Below, piece by piece: positions 38,119-51,132 of a DNA stretch of 64,000 bases; positions within the stretch are counted from its first letter, which is position 1; each line of letters starts with the position of its first letter. The stretch lies in the NCBI RefSeq assembly GCF_026210795.1, contig NC_089434.1:1674001-1738000 (forward strand). Reading direction: 5' to 3'. The DNA comes from Rhizophagus irregularis (taxonomy: Eukaryota). The notes beneath the pieces are model-generated. The model saw only the letters and a program-made list of their open reading frames with translations. It did not search any database and had not been told where the DNA came from. Both the position numbers and the translations under genes were made by a program.

Positions 38119-40605
38119 ATGACAAATATTTATGAAGAATTAATTAAACTTAAACTTAGTGAACATGAAATAAAGAAATTATATATTCATTTCACTAAAA
38201 ATTATAATCAAATATATGAGGCGGAATTAATTCTTAGCAAGTATTGCAAAACAGATGATGATAAATATGAATATTTAGAATCTTTATTAGAAAGTTCCTT
38301 ATTACCTGATGGACCTGTTGGTATGTTATAATAATATGTTATAGTATTAATAAACTTTATTATTGAGATTTTTTTTTTATTCATATTTTTTGTTTTTAAC
38401 ATATGATAATTAATATTTGTATTGATATCGATTTTTTTCTTTTAGTAACTAATAAATTAAGAATAAGAGATGATTTTTCCGAAGGTATATATCAAATAAT
38501 TCTAAAATTTAATATTTTTTTATATTATAATTAAAAATAAAAAGTATTTCCTTTCTTTATTAGGTTTAATATATCAAAAACCAAAACCTTTACTTTCTAC
38601 TATTGGTATTAATTGGGAATATCAACCAGATCCATCTTTACATAATATATTGCGAAAAGAAATTAAGGATCATTATAGATATTTTACTCAAGAAAAATTT
38701 GATAAGGCTTATATGCCTATTTATTTCTTTTTATCTGGTGCTGGTACAGGAAAATCACGAAATGCTACTGAATTTCATAATACAGTACTTAAATGTTTAA
38801 ATAATAAAGAAGATGATTCAAAATTAAAGGATATGATTCAAAATGCTTTAGTGTTTAATGTTAGCTTTGAAAATGGTACTAGTTTAAAACAAGTGGAATC
38901 TGATACTTATAAAGCTATTGGTACTCGAATGTTATTACAACTCCTTCCTGATATGAATTTGGATGAAATTATTTCAACTTATGAGGCACCTTATCCATGG
39001 GAAGTTTTACAATTGGTTGCTAAAAATAAGAAACAAGATTTGAAAGAAATTCCAGTTTTCTTAATTATCGATGCATTACAACATATTATATATGATTCAA
39101 GAAGGGATCATTTAGATCCTGAATACAAATTTTATCGGACTATATCAAATATTGCAGATCTTACATGTCAGGGTGCTTTTTTGATTCCATGTTGTACTGC
39201 TACAACTACTAGTCCAATTCATAGTGTTACAAAAAGTCTATCTAATAAATGTGTATACCTACCAGTTCCTACTTTACATTCTCCAACAATTTGTAAAGAA
39301 AATTCTCAGGAATCAACAGAAGTCTTTCCAAAAGATCTTATCACAAAAATTCTTGTAGAGGATTGTGGAGGACATGGGAGAGCTCTTGAAACTTTACAAG
39401 AAACTTTAATAAATCATCATGATGTTAGTGAAGACAACATTAACTTACTAATGAATGATTTGCGTAATGCATTAACTAATAGATATATTGATGTTTTTAG
39501 TCTTTCCAATGCTGAAATTCAGACTATTGCAAAAGCAATATTATTACGTCAACCTTTAGATTTTGACAAGAATATTCCTGGAATAAATAAAACTCCAGAA
39601 CAAATTGTTCAACATGGACTTGTTCAATTTGAAAGAGAAGGTACTATTGTTAATTCCAAAACAGGATATCTCGTTGCACCATATAACTGGATTTGGATAT
39701 TAGCACAACAAATTGGTATTGATGAGTTACTTCAAAAATGGCAATTTGATGATTATAAAGAACAAAAATCATTATTATCATTAGAGTCTCAAAGTTCGCG
39801 AAATTTTGAACAATTTATTGCAACCATTCGTTGTTTAAAGTCACGGATTATAAAAGAAGGCGAGTTAACGAAAATTTCTGAAGTTCATTCAGGAGCACGA
39901 TTGAATGGAGATATTGAATTTGTAAATCATCATCTAAAATTGAGAATTCCTGATTTTCAAGAACCTACAAATTCTGAAAATTCTAATGTAAATATTTTAT
40001 GTGGAAATGAAATTATTAATATTCGACAAGGCAGATATTGTATTGTTAATCATGCATCTGCACAATATGGTGACTCTTTTATTAGTTTGGATTTAGAGAA
40101 AAATAAAGAAAAAGTAAATGAAAGGAAAAAATATTTTCCCTTAATTTCTAATGAAGTTCATCAATACAAATTCTGGAATGATAAAGAAGTTAATCAAAAA
40201 GTTTACCTAAATGAACGAAATAAAGTTGCATCAACGCACGATTTTTTAATGCTCTATACAACCAAAGATTGTGATAAGCTTGAACTCCCAGAAAATTCAG
40301 GAATTGTTGATAAAAAAAATTGGAATAAATACTTTGGACCATTTGCAAATAGAGCATTTATATTTGCTACACCTCTTGATATTAATACAACAAATCGTAA
40401 AAGTCTTCAACAAATAAGAGCTATTGGTATCCAAAATACAGAAAAAATCTTATCAAAGAGGCCATTTATAAATATTGAAAATGCAATAGAAAAAACAGGT
40501 TTATCGGAAAATGTTTTGGAAAAATTTAAATTTCCTTTTAGAAGGTATCATAGTCTAGCTCGTGTGAGTCATAAAATTTGTCAAAATATATTTCGTTACA
40601 TATAA
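38119..40605 (+). CDS. Crinkler-related P-loop NTPase + PD-(D/E)xK-like nuclease + C-terminal helix-hairpin-helix protein (~760 aa)
   Basis: Exons 38119-38320, 38446-38484, 38564-40605 total 2283 nt, in frame. Walker A GAGTGKS, Walker B FLIIDA, DCGGHGRALE, nuclease-like YGDSF..EVHQYK, ComEA-like LDINTTNRKSLQQIRAIGIQNTEKILSKRPF. Confidence 0.8.
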
Positions 40606-43600
40606 TTGTATTCCATATTATAATCCCTATTGAAGGAAACTTTATATTAAATATATTAGTTTGAAGTTTAATACTAGTTTAATAAATTGAAAAAATTAAA
40701 AGACCACAAATAATTTTAAATATTATGTTTTTGTGAGATATCAATATTTATATAACTACGGTATTTCAAAGTAAAATATATAAATCAAAAGTATTCTAAA
40801 CAAACACTCATTATAAATTAATTATTTTTAAGTATCAGTTAACCATACATTTTCGTCCGCTATCATGATGCTTATTTTCATATTAATGTTGTATACAGTT
40901 CCAAGTTTATTTATGGTTTATATATAAGATAATATATTTCGTAAATTAGCATTATTATGAAAAAGAAAAATAATCTTTACAGAACTGAAATGATTTTTCA
41001 TTACATGATAGATATAAAATGAACGCGATGCTGATTTCAAAATCGATCATATTTCTTTGTTTTGTTTAATATAAGCTTTTTTTTGTGATTTCATATTTCA
41101 ACTCGAGAACTTTTAGTTGCATCAAGTCTTGAATCATATTTTTAATTAAATAACTATATCACCTTTGCGTTCAATAATACTGATCTTAGGAACTATATGA
41201 AATGCTCCAATTTTGCCATCATACACGCAGTTTGCGTTTTTAGCTTAAAGAATAAAATTTTATTATGAGAAAAATGAATGTTAACATGATAATGACAATA
41301 AGAAGATTATATGAAAAGAATACGTCACTAATACGTCCATGATGTGGTGATGTTTTAGTTTGTAAAGCTGCATACTGTAAATTGTTGGAAATGCCATCCT
41401 TGAGAAAAATGTAAAGTAAAAAGTTTATTAACATTGAGGGCTTAAAAAAAATTGGTGTTTATATTACTTTAATATTACAAATATTTTTATCACAACCTAA
41501 AACAATGATTGGCAGTGAAATTTTAAAATGTAAGTCGTAATGACGTATTTATTCTAATGTAGTTATCATTTGAGTTACTCATTATTATGAGGTAATCGAA
41601 ATTCGGGACCGACCTTCGACAAATCGAATTTATTTGACGATCATTTAACCGACAAGTAACATTTCACCAGATGATCGGATCGTGAACATATCATTTAACA
41701 CTAGGATATATATCCTTGTCTGTTTATTTGTCGCATAATATAAAGTGTAATTTTTTTATTTTCAAAGATATAACTTTTAAATTACATTATATTATATGTT
41801 ATAAATTCTGGCTAGAATGCTTGAATTATGTTGGATTTTTATAATTTGGCGACTATCACATGATGCAGCTCTTCTAAGATAATGAAGTGGTACAAGTCCA
41901 AAAAGGTTTTATTAAACTATCCGATAAGAAGGTCTGACAAGTTCATGTAACTTTCATTATCTTATCATTTGTTACAAAAGCAACACCTTTCGTCTATATA
42001 AACAATAGCAAAATTGACAAAGTCACAAAAAAAGAATAAGCAAATATGAGTATGTATAAACAAGATAATATCTCTAAAGAAACAATAGCAACAATGGGAA
42101 GCGTTATAAGCGACGCAACAGATTTATTCGAAGAAGTATTACAACGAATAGAAAACCACGAAGACAAAAAACAAAGAAAAAATTACTTGATGAAATTTAT
42201 TAGAACTTTAAAACAAAAACAAAAAAAAAGGAAAGAGTAAACGGAAACTCGTGATATTACTTCTGAAAGCAAAAGCTTTATTTTTTAAAAAATAAGACCA
42301 TATCAGTAAAACAAACAGAAGAATATAAAGAGAGAAGTAATTCGCAAAGAAATTCTATTACGGCAACGAAAAAACTCAAGAATAGATAGAAGGCACAAAA
42401 AAATTATCATTTTTCGTTTCATATCGATTTAAGCTAATTAGGTGTCATTAATGTTATTAAGTTTTGGTGGTTCAGAATCCCAAAATCATTCTTTATTCTT
42501 ATCTTCTCTAGCACTTAATTTTTTTTTATTTGTCCGCAGTATGTAACTGCGATATTTTATTTATTTATTTATTTATTTATTTGTAACAATAAAACTTTAT
42601 GTATTATGGGACAATTTTGTCCAATAATATATTTTTGTATGTGGGTCGTAAGAATCTGGTAAAAATTATTAGTGTGTGTGGACATGTTGGTATCAAACTT
42701 TTTTACTCGGATAATTTACACCTTTTTGTATTGGTAAAGCGCAGTCATGGTAAGAATTCTTAATATGTATTAAATATTTCGATTAAGAATTACGTGCATA
42801 AAGCTTTAAGTCATCGATATAATTGTACGCCTGAAGGCTTTATAAATATGTCCAAAAATTTTACAGGACGAAAACAAAAGACAGAAGAGGGTTTTTTCGG
42901 TGAAACCAGTATAGAAATGTTGCCTTCGTAAGCTTATTAAGCTTTCCAACTAAACTTTGCTTTTGACAGGTTCTTTACGCATAAAGTTTGGTCATTAATG
43001 AGCTACAAAAAGAAGGGGGACAATATCGTACGTTTAAAAAATTTTTCCGCCTTCTTTCTGGCCGTTAAGGAGTTAAAGGAATTTTTCGATCAGTATTTTT
43101 TGGAGAGATTGTTGTTCGCTACGAGTGGCGCAGCAAAAGTCATGCGACTACCCTCACTTGACATAGTATGTGACGAATAGGATTTTTTCCACTAAATAAA
43201 AATTTATGAAAAATGGAGACAAGGTGATGAAATAATCACGTGAATTTTCGTGATATTTTTTCGTGGTTACGCTGGGAAAGTCGAAGAAGCACAAGATTAA
43301 GTTAGTGTATATATTATTAAATACAAATTAAAACAGAACAGACGGAAAAGGAATAATAAGTATCAAAAAAATCAGCATTTTATTATTTCTGCATACTTAG
43401 ACTCTTATTAAACTCGCATATTAGATTATATTTCATCAGTTGAAACGAGCATAGAATGCATCTTCTGTTAAATCATCAATTTCTTAGTTATGATAATGTC
43501 TATGTTATTCGATCATTAGCGGGTTATACATTAAGTTTTAAGTATTCGAATTAGATTTAGGAAGGAGATCTACTAGAAATACTGATAGAAACAGCGTTGA

Positions 43601-44963
43601 CCGACATGCAATTAGAGAAGGAAAATATTTATACAGATAATATTTTATTATTTTATTAATCATAAGTATCATGATGCTACGTATTATTAGAAATATGTTA
43701 CCATAATTGAACTTTTTTAAAAAAAATTAAAATTTTTTTTCATTTTATTGTATGAATCAAAAAGTATATGAGCGTAGAAAAAAAAATATTCATTAAAGAA
43801 ATATTGTATATAGAATACAGTGTGTATCTTGAGGAGTAATAGAATCTAAAGATTTTTCTTTTATTAAAAGTATATGATACAATACTTCTATTATATTATG
43901 TTTTTTATTGTTTTACTAATTACAAAATATATAATTAGTCATAATAAAGTAATACGTTCATAAATAAATAACACTAATAAAGAAGCGGAGAAAAATATGT
44001 TAAGTTTTATGCAAAAGCATTACAAAAGTAATTATATGGAATTAAATGAACTATTCAATTTATTAATATCAAAGTAAACGATCTTGCTGATGTTAATAAA
44101 TAAAAAGCTATTGATTAATCCAGTCAAACTTTTTTTTTTGTAATTTGGATTTAAATGTCGCAGTTATTATTAGAAGTTTTCATTTATCAAATCTAAAATG
44201 AAAGTTACAGTATATATGTAAGACAATTAAAAAATAGTATATACAGTATATAAATCATTGTTTTTTTTTGTGGTTAATGAGCTATTTAGGATTACTTATT
44301 TTAATAATAAAAATATTAGAATATTATTTTTATTGTTTCTTGCTTGACTGAAAAAAATTTCAGTTGGCATTTTATATTCCTAAGATGATTCATATTTTAT
44401 AAACTAGAATATGCGATTTGCCAGGGGACTTCGTCCCCCAAACATAACATTTATAATTAAAAAAATTTTTTGATATAAATAAATTGAATTGTATGTAAAA
44501 TATTACCAAATAATAAAATTTTATTATAATTAAACCTATAAAAAATCATGTTTTTAATAAGGTTTTATACAATTTTTTCTTAAAAATAATGTTTCTAATC
44601 TATATAGGGATACGGAAAAATGCACAATTCCATATCACAAAAATGTATCATTTTGCATGATTTGACCATAATTTATGCCGAATTTATATTGATTTGATCA
44701 CAGAAATTACATAATTTAAGCATAGAATTTACACGATTTGGTTAATGAATTTACTGCTTAAATTACAATTATTAATATTAGTTGCATTTATATGAATTTG
44801 ATTTTAATAATATTTTACTAAATTATTAAATCAAATATAAAATCCTTAGTATCATGTGATTATAATTAGCCAATAATATAAATTAATTCTTATTATTTAA
44901 AATAATGACGTAAGTTGTAATAAGTGTTTTAAAGTTAATACAGCTACAAAAAAATAAAATTTT

Positions 44964-46268
44964 ATGAAAATTAATATTCAAGTGCTTTTAACCTGCCTGA
45001 ACAACTTTCAATTAATAAATAAAGTTGATTTCATTTGTCCAAAGTGGAGATATTACGCTCTAAATTAAAGAAAAATAGAAAAGAGAGTTAATATCATCAA
45101 GAAAAATGCAATCTTCTTTAAGCACTACACCTACATTCATGAAAATTAATATTCAAGTGCTTTTAATCTGCCTGAACAACTTTCAATTAATAAATGAAGT
45201 TGATTTCATTTGTCCAAAGTGGAGATATTACGCTCTAAATTAAAAAAAATAGAAAAGAGAGTTAATATCATCAAGAAAAATGCAATCTTCTTTAAGCACT
45301 ACACCTACATTCATGAAAATTAATATTCAAGTGCTTTTAATCTGCCTGAACAACTTTCAATTAATAAATGAAGTTGATTTCATTTGTTCAAAGTGGAGAT
45401 ATTACGCTCTAAATTAAAAAAATAGAAAAGAGAGTTAATATCATTAACAAAAATGCAATCTTCTCTAAGCACTACACCTACATTCATGAAAATTAATATT
45501 CAAGTGGTTTCAACCTGCCTGAACAACTTTCAATTAATAAATGAAGTTGATTTCATTTGTCCAAAGTGGAGATATTACGCTCTAAATTAAAAAAATAGAA
45601 AAGAGAGTTAATATCATCAACAAAAATGCAATCTTCTCTAAGCACTACACCTACATTCATGAAAATTAATATTCAAGTGGTTTCAACCTGCCTGAACAAC
45701 TTTCAATTAATAAATAAAGTTGATTTCATTTGTCCAAAGTGGAGATATTACGCTCTAAATTAAAAAATAGAAAAGAGAGTTAATATCATCAACAAAAATG
45801 CAATTTTCTCTAAGAACTACACCTACATTCATGAAAATTAATATTCAAGTGGTTTCAACCTGCCTGAACAACTTTCAATTAATAAATGAAGTTGATTTCA
45901 TTTGTCCAAAGTGGAGATATTACACTCTAAATTAAAAAAAAATAGAAAAGAGAGTTAATATTATCAAGAAAAATGCAATCTTCTTTAAGCACTACATCTA
46001 CATTCATGAAAATTAATATTCAAGTGGTTTCAACCTGCCTGAACAACTTTCAATTAATAAATGAAGTTGATTTCATTTGTCCAAAGTGGAGATATTATGT
46101 TCTAAATTAAAAAATAGAAAAGAGAGTTAATATCATCAACAAAAATGCAATCTTCTCTAAGCACTACACCTACATTCATGAAAATTAATATTCAAGTGGT
46201 TTTAACCTGCCTGAACAACTTTTAATTAATAAATAAAGTTAATTTCATTTGTCCAAAGTGAAGATTAT
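44964..46268. repeat. Satellite array, ~7.5 x 172-175 bp
   Basis: Unit starts (atgaaaattaatattcaag) at 44964, 45139, 45313, 45486, 45659, 45831, 46006, 46178. Confidence 0.97.
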
Positions 46269-46834
46269 AATGTATTTGGAAAAGAAGTTTAATTTAAAAA
46301 AATTTTATATAAAAAAAATGTAATATGAAAATTAAGAACTGAGTTGACAAAAATTTGAAATAACATGAATTTTAAATTAATTCTTTCATTAATTATAAAT
46401 TCAAGTAGTTTAAAATAAAAATAGTAAGAAAAAATATTTTTTATGAAATATCACATTATTTTCTAAAAGAAAGTCTTATAAATTTAATTTGTAATTATGT
46501 AATATCCAAATATTTAATCTTACAAATAGAAAAAAAATGTAAAAAAAATTTATGATGTTTTATAAAAAAAGAAAAAATTTTAAATTTTTGAAAAAAAATT
46601 TCGTCTAACACTTTTTAATTGATTATCACAAGATCTGCATGATCATCTACACGTTTTAATTTTTTTAACGAAAAAAAGAAATATATTTGAATATTTTATT
46701 TCTTTGTAAATCAATAACGATCAACAAAATTAAATACAAATATAAAACTTATTGCTTGATGCCGCAAGTTAATATGTAGTAAAAGTGGCACAAAAATGAA
46801 TATTTTGTAATTTTATTCTAATGATATCAAAGAA

Positions 46835-46972
46835 GCAATATTGCAATATTGCAATATTGCAATAACAACGTCTATAGCTATAGCTATAGCTATAGCAATA
46901 GCAATAGCAATAGCAATAGCAATAGCAATAGCAATAGCTATAGCTATAGCTATATAGCTATATAGCTATAGT
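46835..46972. repeat. Compound microsatellite (gcaatatt)n-(tagcta)n-(tagcaa)n
   Basis: Directly visible; a shorter version is at 54900-54960. Confidence 0.9.
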
Positions 46973-49900
46973 ATAAGATTCAACTACGAAGTTCACATGG
47001 TGCATTCCCAAAAAGATGAAAATCTGCATGAAGATCAGAGGACAAACTACAAATTAAGCGAAAAAGTGAATGAATAAGGAAGGTCATGCAGGATGATCAC
47101 CACTTCAAAATCATACTATCGCCAAATAATCAAAAAAATAAATGAAATTTAACCCGATTACTTTATCGTAAAAAATCGGAATTGAGGTATTACATACGAT
47201 AATATTTTAGGTTAAAATCACGAACGACTCGTTTGCAATCCAAAACGATTTTTTGTGTAAACTTATGGTAACAAATTGTTAAAATACTGATAAATTCAAT
47301 TAATTTTTCGAAGGATGGCTATTTTTATATTTGTGTGTAATAATGTTAGTTACAATGATATTAACAATTTCGTATCAAAGTTTATTAACCAATAAGAGCT
47401 TCATGGAGTATAAATATTGGAAATTAACTTGATTAGTCTATGGTATTTAATATATTTAACCAAGAACGTTATTTTATATTATGTAAACAAGAACTCAAGC
47501 TCACTTGCGAATGATATATTTTCTTGTAGGTTTTGTTTCTATCTTTTGCTTAGATTTTTATGGTCAAGAAAGGTTTACGATACGTAAATATGAGTTTTAT
47601 ATACGTAAATTAAAATGGATATTAAATAGCCAGAAACAGATTATATAAATCATTTAAAGAAATATCTTTTACAAACTTTATTATAAGTCTAAATTTCAAA
47701 ATACACTTTTATTCTTGCAAATCAAAATTTTTTCAATTTTTTATATCTATTACTAATCAATTTGAGAAATAATCCATTTCATAATTTTCATGACACCGAA
47801 CATTCTTATTTGGTGATTTTTAAGCTTAAATGTATACGAATGTAAAATGGTTTGAAGTTGAACATAAAGTTTAATTAATAAGGTGTGAATTTAATTAATA
47901 AGGTGTGAATTCAGTTGTAAAATTTTAGATTTGAACTAGCTGTAACCTGTTGCGTTGCAACAGGATTAATTTATGCTAATGCGCAGCTCGTTTATAAAAT
48001 TCATGCTAATAGCCTTTTTTCTTTTTTTACTACAAGCTTTTCTTTCTTTACATAATCTTTTTTTACATTATTCAAGCACCTCAATTTCAAAAATTTCCTG
48101 AAAAGAAGTCATTTGGATTATAGTATTAACAACCCTTCGCATTATATTTATAGAAGAAACAGCTGCATTAGTATCATTGGAAACATATCCGATTTATGAG
48201 GACCCAGAAATATATATATAGGGGTCAGGTGATGAAAAAAATTTTTTACTGAGCTGTACGCATTTTTTCAGGGCCGGAATTATGATAATGCCAGTCGGTT
48301 ACTATAATAGGAAATAAAATTCTGACTGGCATTATCAAAAATTATCTAAAAAGGAAAGATTTTCATGATTAATAATCAAATATTTTATTTACCACTAAAA
48401 AAATTTACTATGACTTATGTTATGGAGACAACCGAAAAAAAATTGCAATAAAGAATGAACTGTAAAAAAAATAATAGCAAAAAAAAGTCTTTCATTCTAT
48501 TGTCATTAATCATTAATCATTATTAATAATTAATAAACAAAATTTGTAATAATAATCAAAAAATCTATTTAGCAACAAGAAAAAAAATCACAAACCAAAA
48601 ACGAATGATAAAAGAAAATTTTATTATGGTTTTGAAAAAAAAAATATTAAAAAAAATAAAAAAAAAAATATTTTCCAGTAACTAAAATACAAAATCATTA
48701 AAAAAAAAAATATTTTTTATTTTGAAACAAAAAAAAAACAAAAAAAAATAATGACTAAATAAAAATTATTTTCGGTTTTGAAACAAAACAAATTTATTTT
48801 TTGGTTGTTTGAACCAAAAAAAAAAATAAATAAAAAGCAAAAATTAAAAAAAAAATTATTTTCGGTATTGAACTAAAAAACTGAAAATAAAAAAAAATCA
48901 ATTAAAAATAATTTATTTTTCAGTTTGACCAAAAAAATAAAATAAAAAGATTAAAAAAAAAATTTATTTTCGGAATTGAACTAAAAAAACCTAAAATAAA
49001 AAATAATTAAAAAAAAAAAAAAAGTAAAAAAATTTTATCCAGGTTGAAAAAAAGAGGTAAAGAATATAAAAATATAAAAACTTAAAAAAAAAAAGAACAG
49101 TTTATAAGAAGAACCAGTAAAAAAAAAGATATTTAAAAAAAAATATAAAGATAAATCAGATATCTTCAGCGATCTGCTGTGGCTGATCTATGGAAAGCCG
49201 CCATGGTCAAAAGTGCGTAGCAAAACATAGCGTGTATACGCTATGTTTTGTAGCGCATATACATTATATTTAACGGCGGGTTACCCCTGTTCTGTCTGTT
49301 TCAGGGGTAACCTGTTGCAAAAAATAGCGTTTAATACGCTATATTTCATAGCGTTATATACGTTATATGTTATGACGGGTACCCGTTATAAGAAACGGCG
49401 GGTACCTGTTATATGGAATGGCGGGTACCCGCTATAAGAAACGGCGGGTACCTGTTATAAGGAACGGCGGGTACCCGCTATAAGAAATGGCGGGTACCCG
49501 TTATAAGAAATGGCAGGTACCCGCTATAAGAAACGGCAGGTACCCGTTATAAGAACTGGCAGTCAGCATATTAACTTTTGATATCAATAATGATAATTAT
49601 TTATTTAATGAAATTTTATTTGCAAATATTAAAATTTAAGTCACCCATTTACGATTTTAAAGAAAAAAATCACCATATATTTATTTTTATTTAAGTGTAA
49701 AAATAAAAGAAACAATAACAATAAATAAAAAAGATAAGTAAATTACAATGATCAAGGAGAAAGATGCTAATAAAAAAATGAAATAACAGTGGGAGTAATG
49801 GAAAGTAATAGAAGATGAAAGGTAGTAAAAAAGAGTAATGAGAAGTGATAGGAAACAAAAAGGAGAAATAGGACATAATGAGAGATGAAAAGGAGTGATA

Positions 49901-50199
49901 GGAGACGAAAAGAAGTGATGGGAGACAAAGAGGAGTGATAAGAAATAAAAAGGAGTTATGGGAGACAAAAAGAAGATGAAGAGGAATGAAAAGAAGTGAT
50001 GGGAGATGAAAAGAACGAAAAGGAGTGATGGTAGACGAAGAGGAGTGATGGAAGATGAAAAGGAGCGATGGGAGATGAAAAGAAGTGATGGGAAGATGAA
50101 GAGAAGTAAAAATTTATTAAAATTGTAAATTTAATAAAAAATTTTCCAATAAATTTTCAATCAATTTTTATAAAAAAAATTAAAAAAAAATTTCAAGCC

Positions 50200-51110
50200 A
50201 AAATTCTCGATACACTTATTAAAAAAAAACTATTATCAATAAAATTTTCTATTAAGATTTCTAAACAAAATTCACCATCAAAAAAATAAAAAAAATTTTC
50301 AACAAACAATTCTCTAATGAAATTCTCAATCAAAAAAAATATCCCCGATTAAAAAGATTCTTACCACCTATTAAAAAAAATTCTCAAAGAATTTCTATAT
50401 CAAAAAAAAACTCTCCTATTAAAAAAAAAATCTTTACCGAAATTCTCTATCAAAAAAAAGTCTCCCCTGTTAAAAAAATTTACACTAACGAAATTATCTA
50501 TCAAAAAAAAATTCTATGATGAAATTTCTATCAAAAAAAAAAAAATTCTCAGCGAAATTCTTTAATGAAATTCTCTATCAAAAACAATCCCCCTATTAAA
50601 AAAAAAATTCTCTAATAAAATTCTCTGTCAAAAAATACTTTCACCTATTAAAAAAAGTCCCAAAAGAAATTCTTTATTAAGGAAAACTCCTTCAATTAAA
50701 AAAAAATTCGTAACAAAATTCTCTATCAAAAAAAATTTCACTTGTTAAAAAATTTTCTAACGAAATTATCTATCAAAAAAAAAATCTTCAAATAATTTTC
50801 TACAAAAAAAAAAAATCTCAAATAATTCTCTATCAAAAAAATCTCTCCTGTTAAAAAAAAATTGCTCCGACAAATTAAGTATACGTCAAAAAAAAAAAAA
50901 TCTTATTAAAAAAAATTCTCCAATGAAATTTCTATCAAATAAAAGTTTTTAACGAAATTATCCATCAAAAAAAAAAAAACTCAGAAATGTCCCTATCAAT
51001 GAAAAAAATTTTCTAACAAAATTTTTTATCAAAAAAAATCTTCTTATTAAAAAAATTCCCAATGAAATTCTATCAAACAAAGCTTTTGCCTATATTAAAA
51101 ATAAAAGTTC
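50200..51110. repeat. Degenerate A-rich tandem repeat (aaattctctatcaaaaaaa / cctattaaaaaa)
   Basis: The motif recurs many times through the interval. Confidence 0.75.
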
Positions 51111-51132
51111 TCTACAAAATTTGTTTATAAAA

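Larger units (their letters stand above)
44404..47125 (-). mobile_element. Non-autonomous Helitron with internal satellite array, copy A
   Basis: Minus-strand 3' end is hairpin GGGGAC-GAA-GTCCCC (44424-44438), then 16 nt, then CTAG (44407-44404) followed by T. Colinear with copy B. The 5' end is uncertain (46978-47125). Confidence 0.8.
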
